A stretch of DNA of 32,000 bases from Cohnella sp. WGS1546 (GTDB lineage: Bacteria > Bacillota > Bacilli > Paenibacillales > Paenibacillaceae): assembly GCF_043187495.1 (NCBI RefSeq), contig NZ_CP171108.1; one strand, given 5' to 3'. Under the pieces are notes generated by a model. That model saw nothing but the letters and a program-made list of their open reading frames with translations, had not been told where the DNA came from and did no database searches. The translations under genes and the position numbers were made by a program. Of this stretch, positions 1-8,744 are shown piece by piece. Each line of letters starts with the position of its first letter. Positions within the stretch are counted from its first letter, which is position 1.

Positions 1-1
1 T

Positions 2-325
2 TCTGTAGCAAGCGCAAATGGAGGTCTGGAAATCGTCAGCCCGGTTAAGAACAGTACGATAAGTTCGCCTCCGCTTTCCATCGGCTTTACAAAACCGGCA
101 ATCGTGTCGCACTATAACGTCGGTGTCTATCAATTATCTGGCGGCAATGCCCGCTACACGTCAGGTGCGCTCGCAGCTCCTCCAATTGGCGGAGACTATA
201 CGTTATTTCATTCATTGCCAAGCAGCTTCACCAGTCAAATGACGCCGGGAACATACTACATTTATTTAGAAGGCTACTACAGTGGCGGATATTATTCTGA
301 CAGCGGTTATTTCTACCTTGTATAA
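2..325 (+). CDS. 3' end of an unidentified protein gene, 5'-truncated by the window edge
   Basis: The frame of the listed 73-aa ORF stays open back to nt 2, so the ORF enters from upstream. TAA at 323-325. The tail is Gly/Tyr/Ser-rich. No family recognised. Confidence 0.5.
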   Translation, partial: SVASANGGLEIVSPVKNSTISSPPLSIGFTKPAIVSHYNVGVYQLSGGNARYTSGALAAPPIGGDYTLFHSLPSSFTSQMTPGTYYIYLEGYYSGGYYSDSGYFYLV

Positions 326-341
326 GTCAAAACGATAATAC

Positions 342-379
342 AGAACCCCTGCTCACTGCTTAAGTCGGGCAGGGGTTCT
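342..379 (+). terminator. GC-rich stem-loop downstream of the partial ORF, without a clear U-tract
   Basis: agaacccctgc (342-352) pairs perfectly with gcaggggttct (369-379) around a 16-nt loop. No T-run follows on the plus strand, so terminator function is uncertain. Confidence 0.4.
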
Positions 380-404
380 ACATCAGAATGTACAAACAGA
401 GTTA

Positions 405-442
405 GAAAATTTGAAAAGGGCCTCCAAACGGAAGCCCTTTTC
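405..442 (-). terminator. Intrinsic terminator of metK
   Basis: On the minus strand, gaaaagggcttcc / ggaggcccttttc form a 13-bp stem with one mismatch and loop gttt. It is followed by aaattttc and lies 12 nt after the metK stop. Confidence 0.7.
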
Positions 443-453
443 ATCGACTTATA

Positions 454-1656
<1,203 letters not shown>

Positions 1657-1675
1657 AGTCTCCAACCCCCACATA

Positions 1676-1705
1676 TAAAAATCAACCTTTTCCGGTTGGA
1701 AAAGG
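1676..1705 (-). terminator. Terminator-like hairpin between the SASP gene and the metK start, inside the predicted metK leader
   Basis: On the minus strand, ccttttcc-aacc-ggaaaagg is followed by ttgattttta. It ends about 20-35 nt before the candidate metK start codons. Confidence 0.55.
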
Positions 1706-1731
1706 CTGTTAAGATAAACCTTCGGTAAATA

Positions 1732-1760
1732 ATGATACCGGATTTGTCGAGGGGTGTCAA
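1732..1760 (-). promoter_or_regulatory. Candidate sigma-A promoter for metK
   Basis: On the minus strand, TTGACA (1760-1755), a 17-nt spacer, then TATCAT (1737-1732). It lies upstream of the leader hairpin. Confidence 0.45.
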
Positions 1761-1788
1761 TGCGCATTCGCCCGTTTCGAGCCCGCTC

Positions 1789-2055
1789 TTATATGACGGT
1801 CTGCTCCGCTTGCTGAACCAATCGTTTCGTGATATTGCCGCCGATGGATCCGGCTTCGCGAGAAGTCAAGTTGCCAAGATAAGCTTGCCCGAAACCGGCC
1901 GACCCTATGCTTCCCAGTTCTCCGGCGAATTCGGAATCGAACCCTTCAAAGGACTGTCCCAACGATACGCCCAGCTCGGACGCGATTTCGTATTTCATTT
2001 GGTTCAACGCGTTTTTGCATTCCGGAACGACTAGCCTGTTGCTTCTTCTCGGCAT
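1789..2055 (-). CDS. Alpha/beta-type small acid-soluble spore protein, long variant
   Basis: LVVPE..NALNQMKYEIASELGV and TSREAGSIGGNITKRLV match the two conserved SASP helices. AAGGAGG lies 9 nt before the ATG. Confidence 0.9.
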   Translation of the reverse strand: MPRRSNRLVVPECKNALNQMKYEIASELGVSLGQSFEGFDSEFAGELGSIGSAGFGQAYLGNLTSREAGSIGGNITKRLVQQAEQTVI

Positions 2056-2123
2056 GATTGTGTGCCTCCTTGATTGTGATGGCTATAGTATTTGCCGGAC
2101 CCTCACGATCAAGGCGTATTACA

Positions 2124-3014
2124 TTATGGGACTCGGGGGAAAATGTAGGAGAATTCGCCGCCGGATTTCGACAAAAATTCGCGCAGAGCTTCGCGCCAGG
2201 GACGCAACGGCGCAAAGCCGGCTTCGACGAGCGCGGTGTCGCCAAGCACGGAATAAGACGGTCTCGGAGCCGGTCGCGGATATTGCTCCGTCGAGCAAGG
2301 CAGCACGTCGATCTCCGTCATTCCCGCTTCCGCGAAGATCTCCTTGGCGAATTCGTACCAGGAGCATTGTCCGCGATTCGATGCGTGATATACGCCGTAT
2401 TTCTCGGTGCTTGCCAGTTCGAGCAGAAATTTCGCCAGATCGTACGTGTAGGTCGGGGAGCCAATTTGGTCTTCGACGACAGACAGTTCCCTGCGGCGTT
2501 GGGCAAGCCTCAGCATCGTCTTGACGAAGTTGGGTCCGTACTCGCCATATACCCACGAGGTCCGGACGATGAAAAGCCTCGAGGCATTTTCCGCACTTGC
2601 GCGTTCCCCTTCAAGCTTCGTCTTGCCGTAGACCGTCCCCGGATTCGTATGATGATCCTCCCGATAAGGTGTCGTCCCCATACCGTCAAATACGTAATCG
2701 GTGCTGATGTAGATGAGCTTGGCTCCCGCGTTCTCGGCCGCTCGCGCCACATTACGCGTTCCTTCCACATTAACGACCCATGCCCTCTCCGGCTCGGATT
2801 CCGCTTGATCGACGGCCGTGTAGGCGGCGGCATGAATGACGACATCCGGTTGTGCGGCTTTAATGATGTTCAGAGTTTGCTCCCTGTCGGTCACGTCCAG
2901 CTCGGCGCGGCTTGCTCCCATCATGCGAAATCGATTGGATGGCATTCGCACGAGCTCCTGCCCCAATTGCCCTCTCGCTCCGGTGACGAGAACGATCGGC
3001 TGCTGCCGGCTCAT
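2124..3014 (-). CDS. rmlD: dTDP-4-dehydrorhamnose reductase
   Basis: N-terminus IVLVTGARGQLG plus RmlD-like length. The start is moved from 3071 to the ATG at 3014, which overlaps the rmlB stop as ATGA (3011-3014). Confidence 0.9.
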   Translation of the reverse strand: MSRQQPIVLVTGARGQLGQELVRMPSNRFRMMGASRAELDVTDREQTLNIIKAAQPDVVIHAAAYTAVDQAESEPERAWVVNVEGTRNVARAAENAGAKLIYISTDYVFDGMGTTPYREDHHTNPGTVYGKTKLEGERASAENASRLFIVRTSWVYGEYGPNFVKTMLRLAQRRRELSVVEDQIGSPTYTYDLAKFLLELASTEKYGVYHASNRGQCSWYEFAKEIFAEAGMTEIDVLPCSTEQYPRPAPRPSYSVLGDTALVEAGFAPLRPWREALREFLSKSGGEFSYIFPRVP

Positions 3015-3991
3015 CGGCGATAAGCTCCCGAAGCGATTCGCTCTAGCCACGCCTCGTTTTTCAAGTACCATTCGATCGTACGGTCGATTCCGCTTTCGTA
3101 ATCGTAAGAGGGCTGCCAGCCCAGCTCTTGGCGGATTTTCGTCGCATCGATCGCGTATCGCCTGTCATGGCCGGGCCGATCCTCGACGTATTGGATCAAG
3201 GAATCGGGCTTGCCGAGCCGCTGCAAAATCGTGTTCACGACTTGCAGGTTCGTCCGCTCGTTGTTTCCGCCAACGTTATAGATTTCGCCTTTGCGGCCTT
3301 TGCGGAGGACAAGATCGATCGCCCGGCAATGATCCTCGACGTACAGCCAGTCCCGCACGTTCAACCCGTCCCCGTAGACCGGCAACGGCCGATCGCGGAG
3401 CGCCCGGGTAATCATGAGCGGAATCAGCTTCTCGGGAAATTGATACGGACCGTAATTGTTGGAGCATCGGGTAATGTTGACGTGCATGCCGTACGTTTCA
3501 TGGTAGGCGCGAACGAGAAGATCCGCTCCCGCCTTGCTCGCGGAATAAGGACTGTTCGGGGCTAAAGGCGTCGTTTCGGAAAAAAGTCCTTCGTCTCCAA
3601 GCGTGCCGTACACTTCATCCGTCGAGATTTGCAGAAACCTCGGCACTTCGTATTTTCTTGCCAGCTCCAATAAAACATGCGTCCCCGTCACGTTCGTGCG
3701 AACGAACACCCCCGGATCCTCGATGCTGCGATCGACGTGCGACTCGGCGGCGAAGTTGACGACGGCGTCGAAGCCGGATTCGAATAGCTTCTCCATCGCT
3801 TGGCGATCCGTAATATCTGCCCGCACAAAACGATATTTTGCGGGTTCGGACATCCCGTCCAAGTTATCCCGGTTGCCTGCATAAGTTAGCAGATCCACGT
3901 TCACGAACTCGTAGTCGGCGCGCTCTTTTCTCATGTAATGAAGAAAATTGCTGCCGATAAATCCGGCCCCCCCGGTCACTAGCAGCCTCAC
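3011..3991 (-). CDS. rmlB: dTDP-glucose 4,6-dehydratase, GC-rich copy
   Basis: LLVTGGAGFIGSNF, STDEVYG and YSASKA motifs are present. GTG at 3991 has GAGGG 8 nt upstream. GTG at 4000 (ORF track) is the alternative start. Confidence 0.93.
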   Translation of the reverse strand: MRLLVTGGAGFIGSNFLHYMRKERADYEFVNVDLLTYAGNRDNLDGMSEPAKYRFVRADITDRQAMEKLFESGFDAVVNFAAESHVDRSIEDPGVFVRTNVTGTHVLLELARKYEVPRFLQISTDEVYGTLGDEGLFSETTPLAPNSPYSASKAGADLLVRAYHETYGMHVNITRCSNNYGPYQFPEKLIPLMITRALRDRPLPVYGDGLNVRDWLYVEDHCRAIDLVLRKGRKGEIYNVGGNNERTNLQVVNTILQRLGKPDSLIQYVEDRPGHDRRYAIDATKIRQELGWQPSYDYESGIDRTIEWYLKNEAWLERIASGAYRR

Positions 3992-4009
3992 AAAGCTCAC
4001 CCTCTAACG

Positions 4010-4555
4010 TCAAAAATTGATTTCCGCCTGATCCAACAACGGGTGCGCGGCGTCCTTCTCCGACAGAATTGGCGTCCGGGTCGGCCAACCGATCGCCAGC
4101 TTTGGATCGTCCCAGCGAATCCCTCTGTCGTGTTCTCTGGAATAGAGCCGGTCCACCTTATACTGAACTTCGGTATTCGACTCAAGCGTGCAGAATCCGT
4201 GGGCGAACCCGGCGGGGACGAAGAGCTGCTTTTTGTTTCGTTCCGATAGCTCGAAGCCTTCCCATTGCCCGAATGTCGGCGAACCAGAGCGAATGTCCAC
4301 GACGACGTCGTACACCGCTCCCGCAGTCACCCGAACCAGCTTCGATTGGGCTTGAGGATGAAGCTGATAATGCAGCCCTCTAAGCACGCCCGCTTCCTTC
4401 GATAGCGAATGGTTATCCTGCACGAAGACGTTCGGTATGCCGAGCGCCGCATAACGTTCCGTCTGATAGCTCTCCATAAAGTAACCGCGAGCGTCCTCGA
4501 ATACATCCGGCTCGATCAGCAAAGCGCCCGACAGCTTGCTTTTCATGACCTTCAC
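4010..4555 (-). CDS. rmlC: dTDP-4-dehydrorhamnose 3,5-epimerase
   Basis: 181-aa cupin with FEDARGYF, RGLHYQ and GFAHGF motifs typical of RmlC. Confidence 0.9.
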   Translation of the reverse strand: MKVMKSKLSGALLIEPDVFEDARGYFMESYQTERYAALGIPNVFVQDNHSLSKEAGVLRGLHYQLHPQAQSKLVRVTAGAVYDVVVDIRSGSPTFGQWEGFELSERNKKQLFVPAGFAHGFCTLESNTEVQYKVDRLYSREHDRGIRWDDPKLAIGWPTRTPILSEKDAAHPLLDQAEINF

Positions 4556-4646
4556 TCGATCACCTGCATCGCTAGTTCTTTTTCATGACATTCCTTATCT
4601 TATTCACCGACGCGCTTGTTGCGCTCGGATAAGCGTTGCTTTCCAG

Positions 4647-4681
4647 AAAAAAACTGCCAAGCCCGGATCCGGACCTGACAG
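4647..4681 (-). terminator. Terminator copy downstream of the pseudogene
   Basis: On the minus strand, ctgtcagg...cttggcag forms a stem followed by T7. It is the duplicate of the terminator at 8679-8712. Confidence 0.6.
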
Positions 4682-4717
4682 TTCGATAACTAAATAAGCT
4701 TTATAAATGGATGATGG

Positions 4718-4909
4718 CTATTGCTGAAGCGTATACGCCCCGCGTACAAGTACGATGAGTCCCCTCGTCTGCTTAGGATCCGGTTCAACGCCTCTCTCGC
4801 GTCGCTCCTCCATCGGCTTCTGCCGTCGACATAATGCCAATCGTTCCGATCACAATCGCAATACCGCCGTCGCTGCCCAGATCGTCCACTTCTTCGCTGT
4901 CAAGTTCAT
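4718..4909 (-). pseudogene. Decayed duplicate of the 168-aa membrane-anchored protein gene
   Basis: Same ATG context and same TAG as 8745-9251. It lacks 314 nt (equivalent to 8826-9139). It also lacks one C (single C at 4859 versus CC at 9200-9201), which gives a stop after 19 codons. Confidence 0.85.
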
Positions 4910-4981
4910 CTCTCCCGTTCGGCAAGTTCTACCATTTTGTGCGCGGATTTTGGAGGGAAGTTGCGACAAATCGGAAACATT

Positions 4982-5404
4982 CTACCTGCTTTGAAAGAGC
5001 TCTTCAATAGAATATATAACGAAATTCTGTTCTTCTTCGCTCATATTCGACCCGGAAGGCAAGCACAATCCATTCGTGAATAGCTGATCGGAGACGCTCT
5101 CGTCTTCAGCGTAGGGATAGTATGGAACTCCTTCAAATAACGGTTGTAGATGAAGCGGTTTCCATACCACCTTGATTCGATATTTCGTTCAGCCAGATGC
5201 TCAATGACCTGAAGCGAAGTAACTCCTGCCTTCTCAGGATCAATCGTCATTGCCGTCAACCACCGCGTAGCTTGTCCATAACATAAACGCGATGCCATCG
5301 TACTTAAACTCTGCGTTTGCATTTACCCGATCTTCCAACACGCGAAGCTGTCCTCTTCCGATCCCGGCAAGCACATTGCTCAAGCGATAATTATAACCGA
5401 CTTC
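4982..5404 (-). pseudogene. Frameshifted 3' remnant of a DegT/DnrJ/EryC1 (EpsN-like) sugar aminotransferase gene
   Basis: The pieces EVGYNYRLSNVLAGIGRGQLRVLEDRV, WLTAMTIDPEKAGVTSLQVIEHLAERNIESR and VWKPLHLQPLF...LPSG lie in three different frames. There is no N-terminal two-thirds. Confidence 0.75.
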
Positions 5405-5405
5405 G

Positions 5406-5660
5406 CTATGTTACAAATGTATATGACGGGGCAATAACTTCGTCTCCGGGTTGAATATCAATCAACATTGCGGTCATTTCTAATGCATGCGTGCAGGATG
5501 TCGTGAGTAACGCTTTAGGTGTATAAAATTTTTTTTCGATGCAACTACTACACCTGCTAGTAATCGGGCCATCTCCACATAATTTCTGATTATTTTCAAT
5601 TGCTTCCTTGATGTATTGTTGATCCTTCCCGACTACAGGGGGGATGTTAAATGCGATCAT
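5406..5660 (-). pseudogene. N-terminal 84-codon fragment of a WecE-type dTDP-4-keto-6-deoxyhexose aminotransferase gene
   Basis: Collinear with the first 84 aa of the intact gene at 20896-22032 (FN.P..GKEQ.YIK..I..NQKLCGDGP, LLTTSCTHA.E, DIQPGDEVIAPSYTFV). It ends at a TAG where the similarity stops. Confidence 0.8.
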
Positions 5661-6603
5661 CGTAAATCACCTCTTCATATCCTCTTATGCAATAATGCTC
5701 TTTTTTTAAGGTGTACTCATGAACTTTATTTAAGTATTTATGAGCATATAAAATATCAAACTCATTATATCCCAATTTAGCCCTCATTGGTGCGCTTCCA
5801 GAGAATCTTGGATTAACTTCTATTAAGTAAAACTCAGCGCCCTTTTGTACGATTTGTAAATTTAATATTAATTCATTTCCAAGCACTCGATGAAGTTCTT
5901 TGGCTATCTCCAAAATCATTGGTTCGTCTACTATTTTTGCATATTGAGTTGCACCCTTGTTTAAAATTCTTTCCATACATAATATTTCCAATCGGTTATT
6001 TAGATTGATAAGAGATACGGTGTATTCAAAATCCTTCTCAATGAATTCTTGAGCCAATATCGATTTTCCCATAATTCTATATAGGTTACATATAGCTTTA
6101 TATTGCTCTTCATTCTTAGCAATATATATTCCTTCTGAAGCCTTACCATTAGTGGGTTTTATAATAATCGGAAAAACGCCATTACATTCATCTATTGATT
6201 TCGGGGTGTTTAACTTATTTTCCTTAAAAAATGCCTCTGCCTGCATCTTATCGTCAAATGTCTTGATAATATCACATTCATTAACCCAAATATCTACGTT
6301 TAACTCTTTTTCAATTTCACATTTGTATTGACTAAAGAAAAGCATCTCAGCTTCCGAACCTGGGATCAATATATCTATTTTACTGGTATCAATAATTTTT
6401 TTAATTTCGTCGTAATAATTGGCATGATTTGCATTCGGCAGAATATAATAATGCTCCAACGAATCTTTATGTGCTGTTAATTTACTGTTAGACGCACCAT
6501 TTAATTCAATAAGATCTCTATATACACTATCGTTTATAGTTTTTATCAGCCCTTCCCCTACACCGTAGGAGCTTGTTCCTGTTACTAGAATTTTATGTTT
6601 CAT
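5647..6603 (-). CDS. ATP-grasp family ligase, substrate unknown
   Basis: 318 aa. KILVTG pre-ATP-grasp N-terminus, a central IIKP..G..S.GI segment and an LIEVNPRFSGS Mg-ATP motif. AAGGAG lies 7 nt before the ATG. Confidence 0.85.
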   Translation of the reverse strand: MKHKILVTGTSSYGVGEGLIKTINDSVYRDLIELNGASNSKLTAHKDSLEHYYILPNANHANYYDEIKKIIDTSKIDILIPGSEAEMLFFSQYKCEIEKELNVDIWVNECDIIKTFDDKMQAEAFFKENKLNTPKSIDECNGVFPIIIKPTNGKASEGIYIAKNEEQYKAICNLYRIMGKSILAQEFIEKDFEYTVSLINLNNRLEILCMERILNKGATQYAKIVDEPMILEIAKELHRVLGNELILNLQIVQKGAEFYLIEVNPRFSGSAPMRAKLGYNEFDILYAHKYLNKVHEYTLKKEHYCIRGYEEVIYDDRI

Positions 6604-7534
6604 ATTCGATCTCCTTAAGAAAATCCAAATTTCTAAATTTACTCTCTAATTTTTCTTGTATGAGCAAATATCCATCTTTAACTTTAAGAACTTTGGTTTT
6701 GTTATCAATAAGAATCAATTTCTTAAAATAGATTACATTAGTGTTGATTAATTTAAATTGGTTTACTTCATCCTGATTAAACTCTTCCAATGATTCTTCA
6801 ATAAATTTTGAATTCCCGCCAAAATAAACTCTATTTTTGATTTTGTTGGGCAATTCCACATTCGCTTCAAATTGCAAATCTAAATTGTAAGCAATTTTCT
6901 TAATTTCGATTCCCTTATGCGTAATTTCAAGAATACTACCAAAAACCTCCTTATTCCTAGGCATTCCCAAAGAACCAATGTTTATGAATCTGTTATTTTT
7001 TTGTTCGTCATTGTATACAAAACAATGGTGAGTATGGCCAAAAATGTAGTCTGTATCGTTATCAAATATCCGATTGTGGGTTTCCGTAAATTTCAAATCG
7101 GGATAATAATAGTCGTTAAGAGGATCCGAAATCCCTCCGTGGCTAATAATTGTTTTTCTGTTATAAATAAAAGACACTTCAGTTAGCTTAGACAACTGAA
7201 GAAGTTCTTTTATTTCATGACGCATATTATGATCGTAAAGGATTTTCCCCGATAGATTGATTTTACAATTTACAGTGTACGATGTGTTAAAATACATATT
7301 TAGAAACTTTGCATCATGGTTTCCCAATAACAAAGTCAAATTATATTTATTAAGCATTTCATGGAATATTGTAATAATTCTAAAATCAAACTCATAGTAC
7401 CCAACTAAGTCCCCTAAAAAGAACAATTTAATATTCTCATGATCGTCGTATTCTTTTAAGTAGTTATTAAATTGCTTAAGGGCATAATAATTGGAATGTA
7501 GATCTGAAAAGAAGATGTAGCGAGTACTTATCAT
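6593..7534 (-). CDS. Calcineurin-like metallophosphoesterase with a ~90-aa C-terminal extension
   Basis: Motifs FFSDLHSN, LGDLVGYY, GNHD and GHTHH. The start overlaps the upstream stop as ATGA. The 3' end overlaps the ATP-grasp start by 11 nt. Confidence 0.85.
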   Translation of the reverse strand: MISTRYIFFSDLHSNYYALKQFNNYLKEYDDHENIKLFFLGDLVGYYEFDFRIITIFHEMLNKYNLTLLLGNHDAKFLNMYFNTSYTVNCKINLSGKILYDHNMRHEIKELLQLSKLTEVSFIYNRKTIISHGGISDPLNDYYYPDLKFTETHNRIFDNDTDYIFGHTHHCFVYNDEQKNNRFINIGSLGMPRNKEVFGSILEITHKGIEIKKIAYNLDLQFEANVELPNKIKNRVYFGGNSKFIEESLEEFNQDEVNQFKLINTNVIYFKKLILIDNKTKVLKVKDGYLLIQEKLESKFRNLDFLKEIEYET

Positions 7535-8394
7535 AATAACTCCTTAACAGCCTTTTCAAATGGTGTGAAAAAACTACAATCTTTCTTAATCCCTTTCAAA
7601 ATATTTTCATTTGAAACTGAAACTGAGTAATACTCAGGCTTTTGAATAGATACGATATTTGCTTTGTGGCCTGTTAATATTTCAAGCAATAGAATTATCT
7701 CTCTAATACTTAGTGAGGATCCCGAACAAAGGTTGTAGTCACCAGGAGCAACATTATTAATAATAAGTTCATGAATTATCCTGGAGACGTCTTCCACCCA
7801 TATAAAATCCTGTTTTCTCTCCCCCTCCCCATAAATTTCAATCTCTTCATCATTTATAATTTTATCAATTAATAATTCTAATATAGTTTTCGTCTTTTTC
7901 CCTCTGCCATATGGAGAACTTATTCTAAGATTGTAATTCAAATTAAAATTAGCCGATAAAAGAATTTCACTAATGTATTTTGCCTTTGCATAAAAATTAC
8001 TGAGAACAATGTCAGCATCTTCCTTAACATTCACTAATTCTCTTTGTCCATATCCGTATACGTTTATACCTGACAAGTTGAAAAACTTTATTACATTTTT
8101 GCTCTTGAATATGTTAATTAGAAATTTTGCCAATTGTGTGTTTATTAACTCTATTTGAATGTTGTCATTTGTAGTGTCGGGTATTGCCGCAGCTGCATGA
8201 ATAACATAGCAATTCTCTTTAATTATCTGTTTCAGAAATTGTTCATCCTTATAATCACAATATATCATCTTGTTTTCCACGAAGTTTTTCCCTCTTGTTA
8301 TTCCATAAACCTCATAATCAGGCATTACGCTAAAGTAACGTAATAACCTACTTCCAATAAACCCATTACAGCCAGTAATATATATCGTTTTCAC
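7531..8394 (-). CDS. NAD-dependent epimerase/dehydratase (extended SDR)
   Basis: IYITGCNGFIGSRL Rossmann motif and a YAKAK catalytic Y-x3-K. 287 aa, GTG start. Confidence 0.85.
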   Translation of the reverse strand: MKTIYITGCNGFIGSRLLRYFSVMPDYEVYGITRGKNFVENKMIYCDYKDEQFLKQIIKENCYVIHAAAAIPDTTNDNIQIELINTQLAKFLINIFKSKNVIKFFNLSGINVYGYGQRELVNVKEDADIVLSNFYAKAKYISEILLSANFNLNYNLRISSPYGRGKKTKTILELLIDKIINDEEIEIYGEGERKQDFIWVEDVSRIIHELIINNVAPGDYNLCSGSSLSIREIILLLEILTGHKANIVSIQKPEYYSVSVSNENILKGIKKDCSFFTPFEKAVKELL

Positions 8395-8442
8395 ATAATC
8401 TACTCTTTTCGATATGAAATTTCCGTTCTTAATAATACATAC

Positions 8443-8604
8443 TCACTGTTCGGACGTTTTGGTAAGATGATATTCCCTCACCCAATACTTCACCATATAT
8501 TCTTGCGGTTGGGTGATGTAATTAATAAAACTATAACCCTTATCTTTAATAGATTCAAACACCAATTTTCTTGCCCTAAGATTCTTCTCCGACAGAATCG
8601 GCGT
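8443..8604 (-). pseudogene. Orphan 3' gene remnant whose first 21 nt copy the rmlC 3' region
   Basis: Open frame TPILSEKNLRARK...TSEQ* with no start codon. 8584-8604 matches rmlC 4055-4075 at 20 of 21 positions. The rest is low-GC and unrecognised. Confidence 0.3.
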
Positions 8605-8678
8605 TAGTTCTTCTTCATGGCATTCCTTATCTTATTCACTGAAGCGTTTGTTGCGCTCGGATAAGCGTGGCTTTCCAG

Positions 8679-8712
8679 AAAAAACTGCCAAGTCCGGACC
8701 CGGGCCTGACAG
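8679..8712 (-). terminator. Intrinsic terminator of the 168-aa gene
   Basis: On the minus strand, ctgtcagg-cccgggtccgga-cttggcag (8-bp stem including G-U pairs) is followed by T6. Confidence 0.7.
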
Positions 8713-8744
8713 TTCGATAATCCAGCTATATAAATGGATGATGG

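Larger units (their letters stand above)
4573..4966. repeat. Direct repeat, left (decayed) copy of the block: 168-aa gene, terminator, rmlC leader
   Basis: 4573-4798 aligns with 8605-8825 and 4799-4966 aligns with 9140-9307, in the same orientation. Compared base by base by eye. Confidence 0.9.

Noticed and set aside
1657-1767. N-terminal extension of the metK ORF to 1767. Similar extensions exist for rmlD (to 3071), the Wzy_C-TPR gene (to 12035), rmlA (to 25154) and the sugar transferase (to 26682).
   Set aside because: The extensions are not homologous to the respective families and overlap upstream genes or regulatory hairpins. Internal starts have better RBS spacing or ATGA coupling.
1657-1788. 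A canonical S-box (SAM-I) riboswitch upstream of metK
   Set aside because: I looked for the conserved core strings on the minus strand and did not find them. The space is also too short. The region is kept only as an open question in the findings.
2056-2123. A sigma-G type forespore promoter for the SASP gene
   Set aside because: An AATACTA -10-like element is present. No GNATA-type -35 sits at the required 17-18 nt spacing, so no call was made.
4755-4994. Plus-strand ORFs 4755-4994 and 8854-9330, which share a C-terminal peptide
   Set aside because: Both are antisense to the duplicated 168-aa gene copies. Their similarity simply reflects the DNA repeat.
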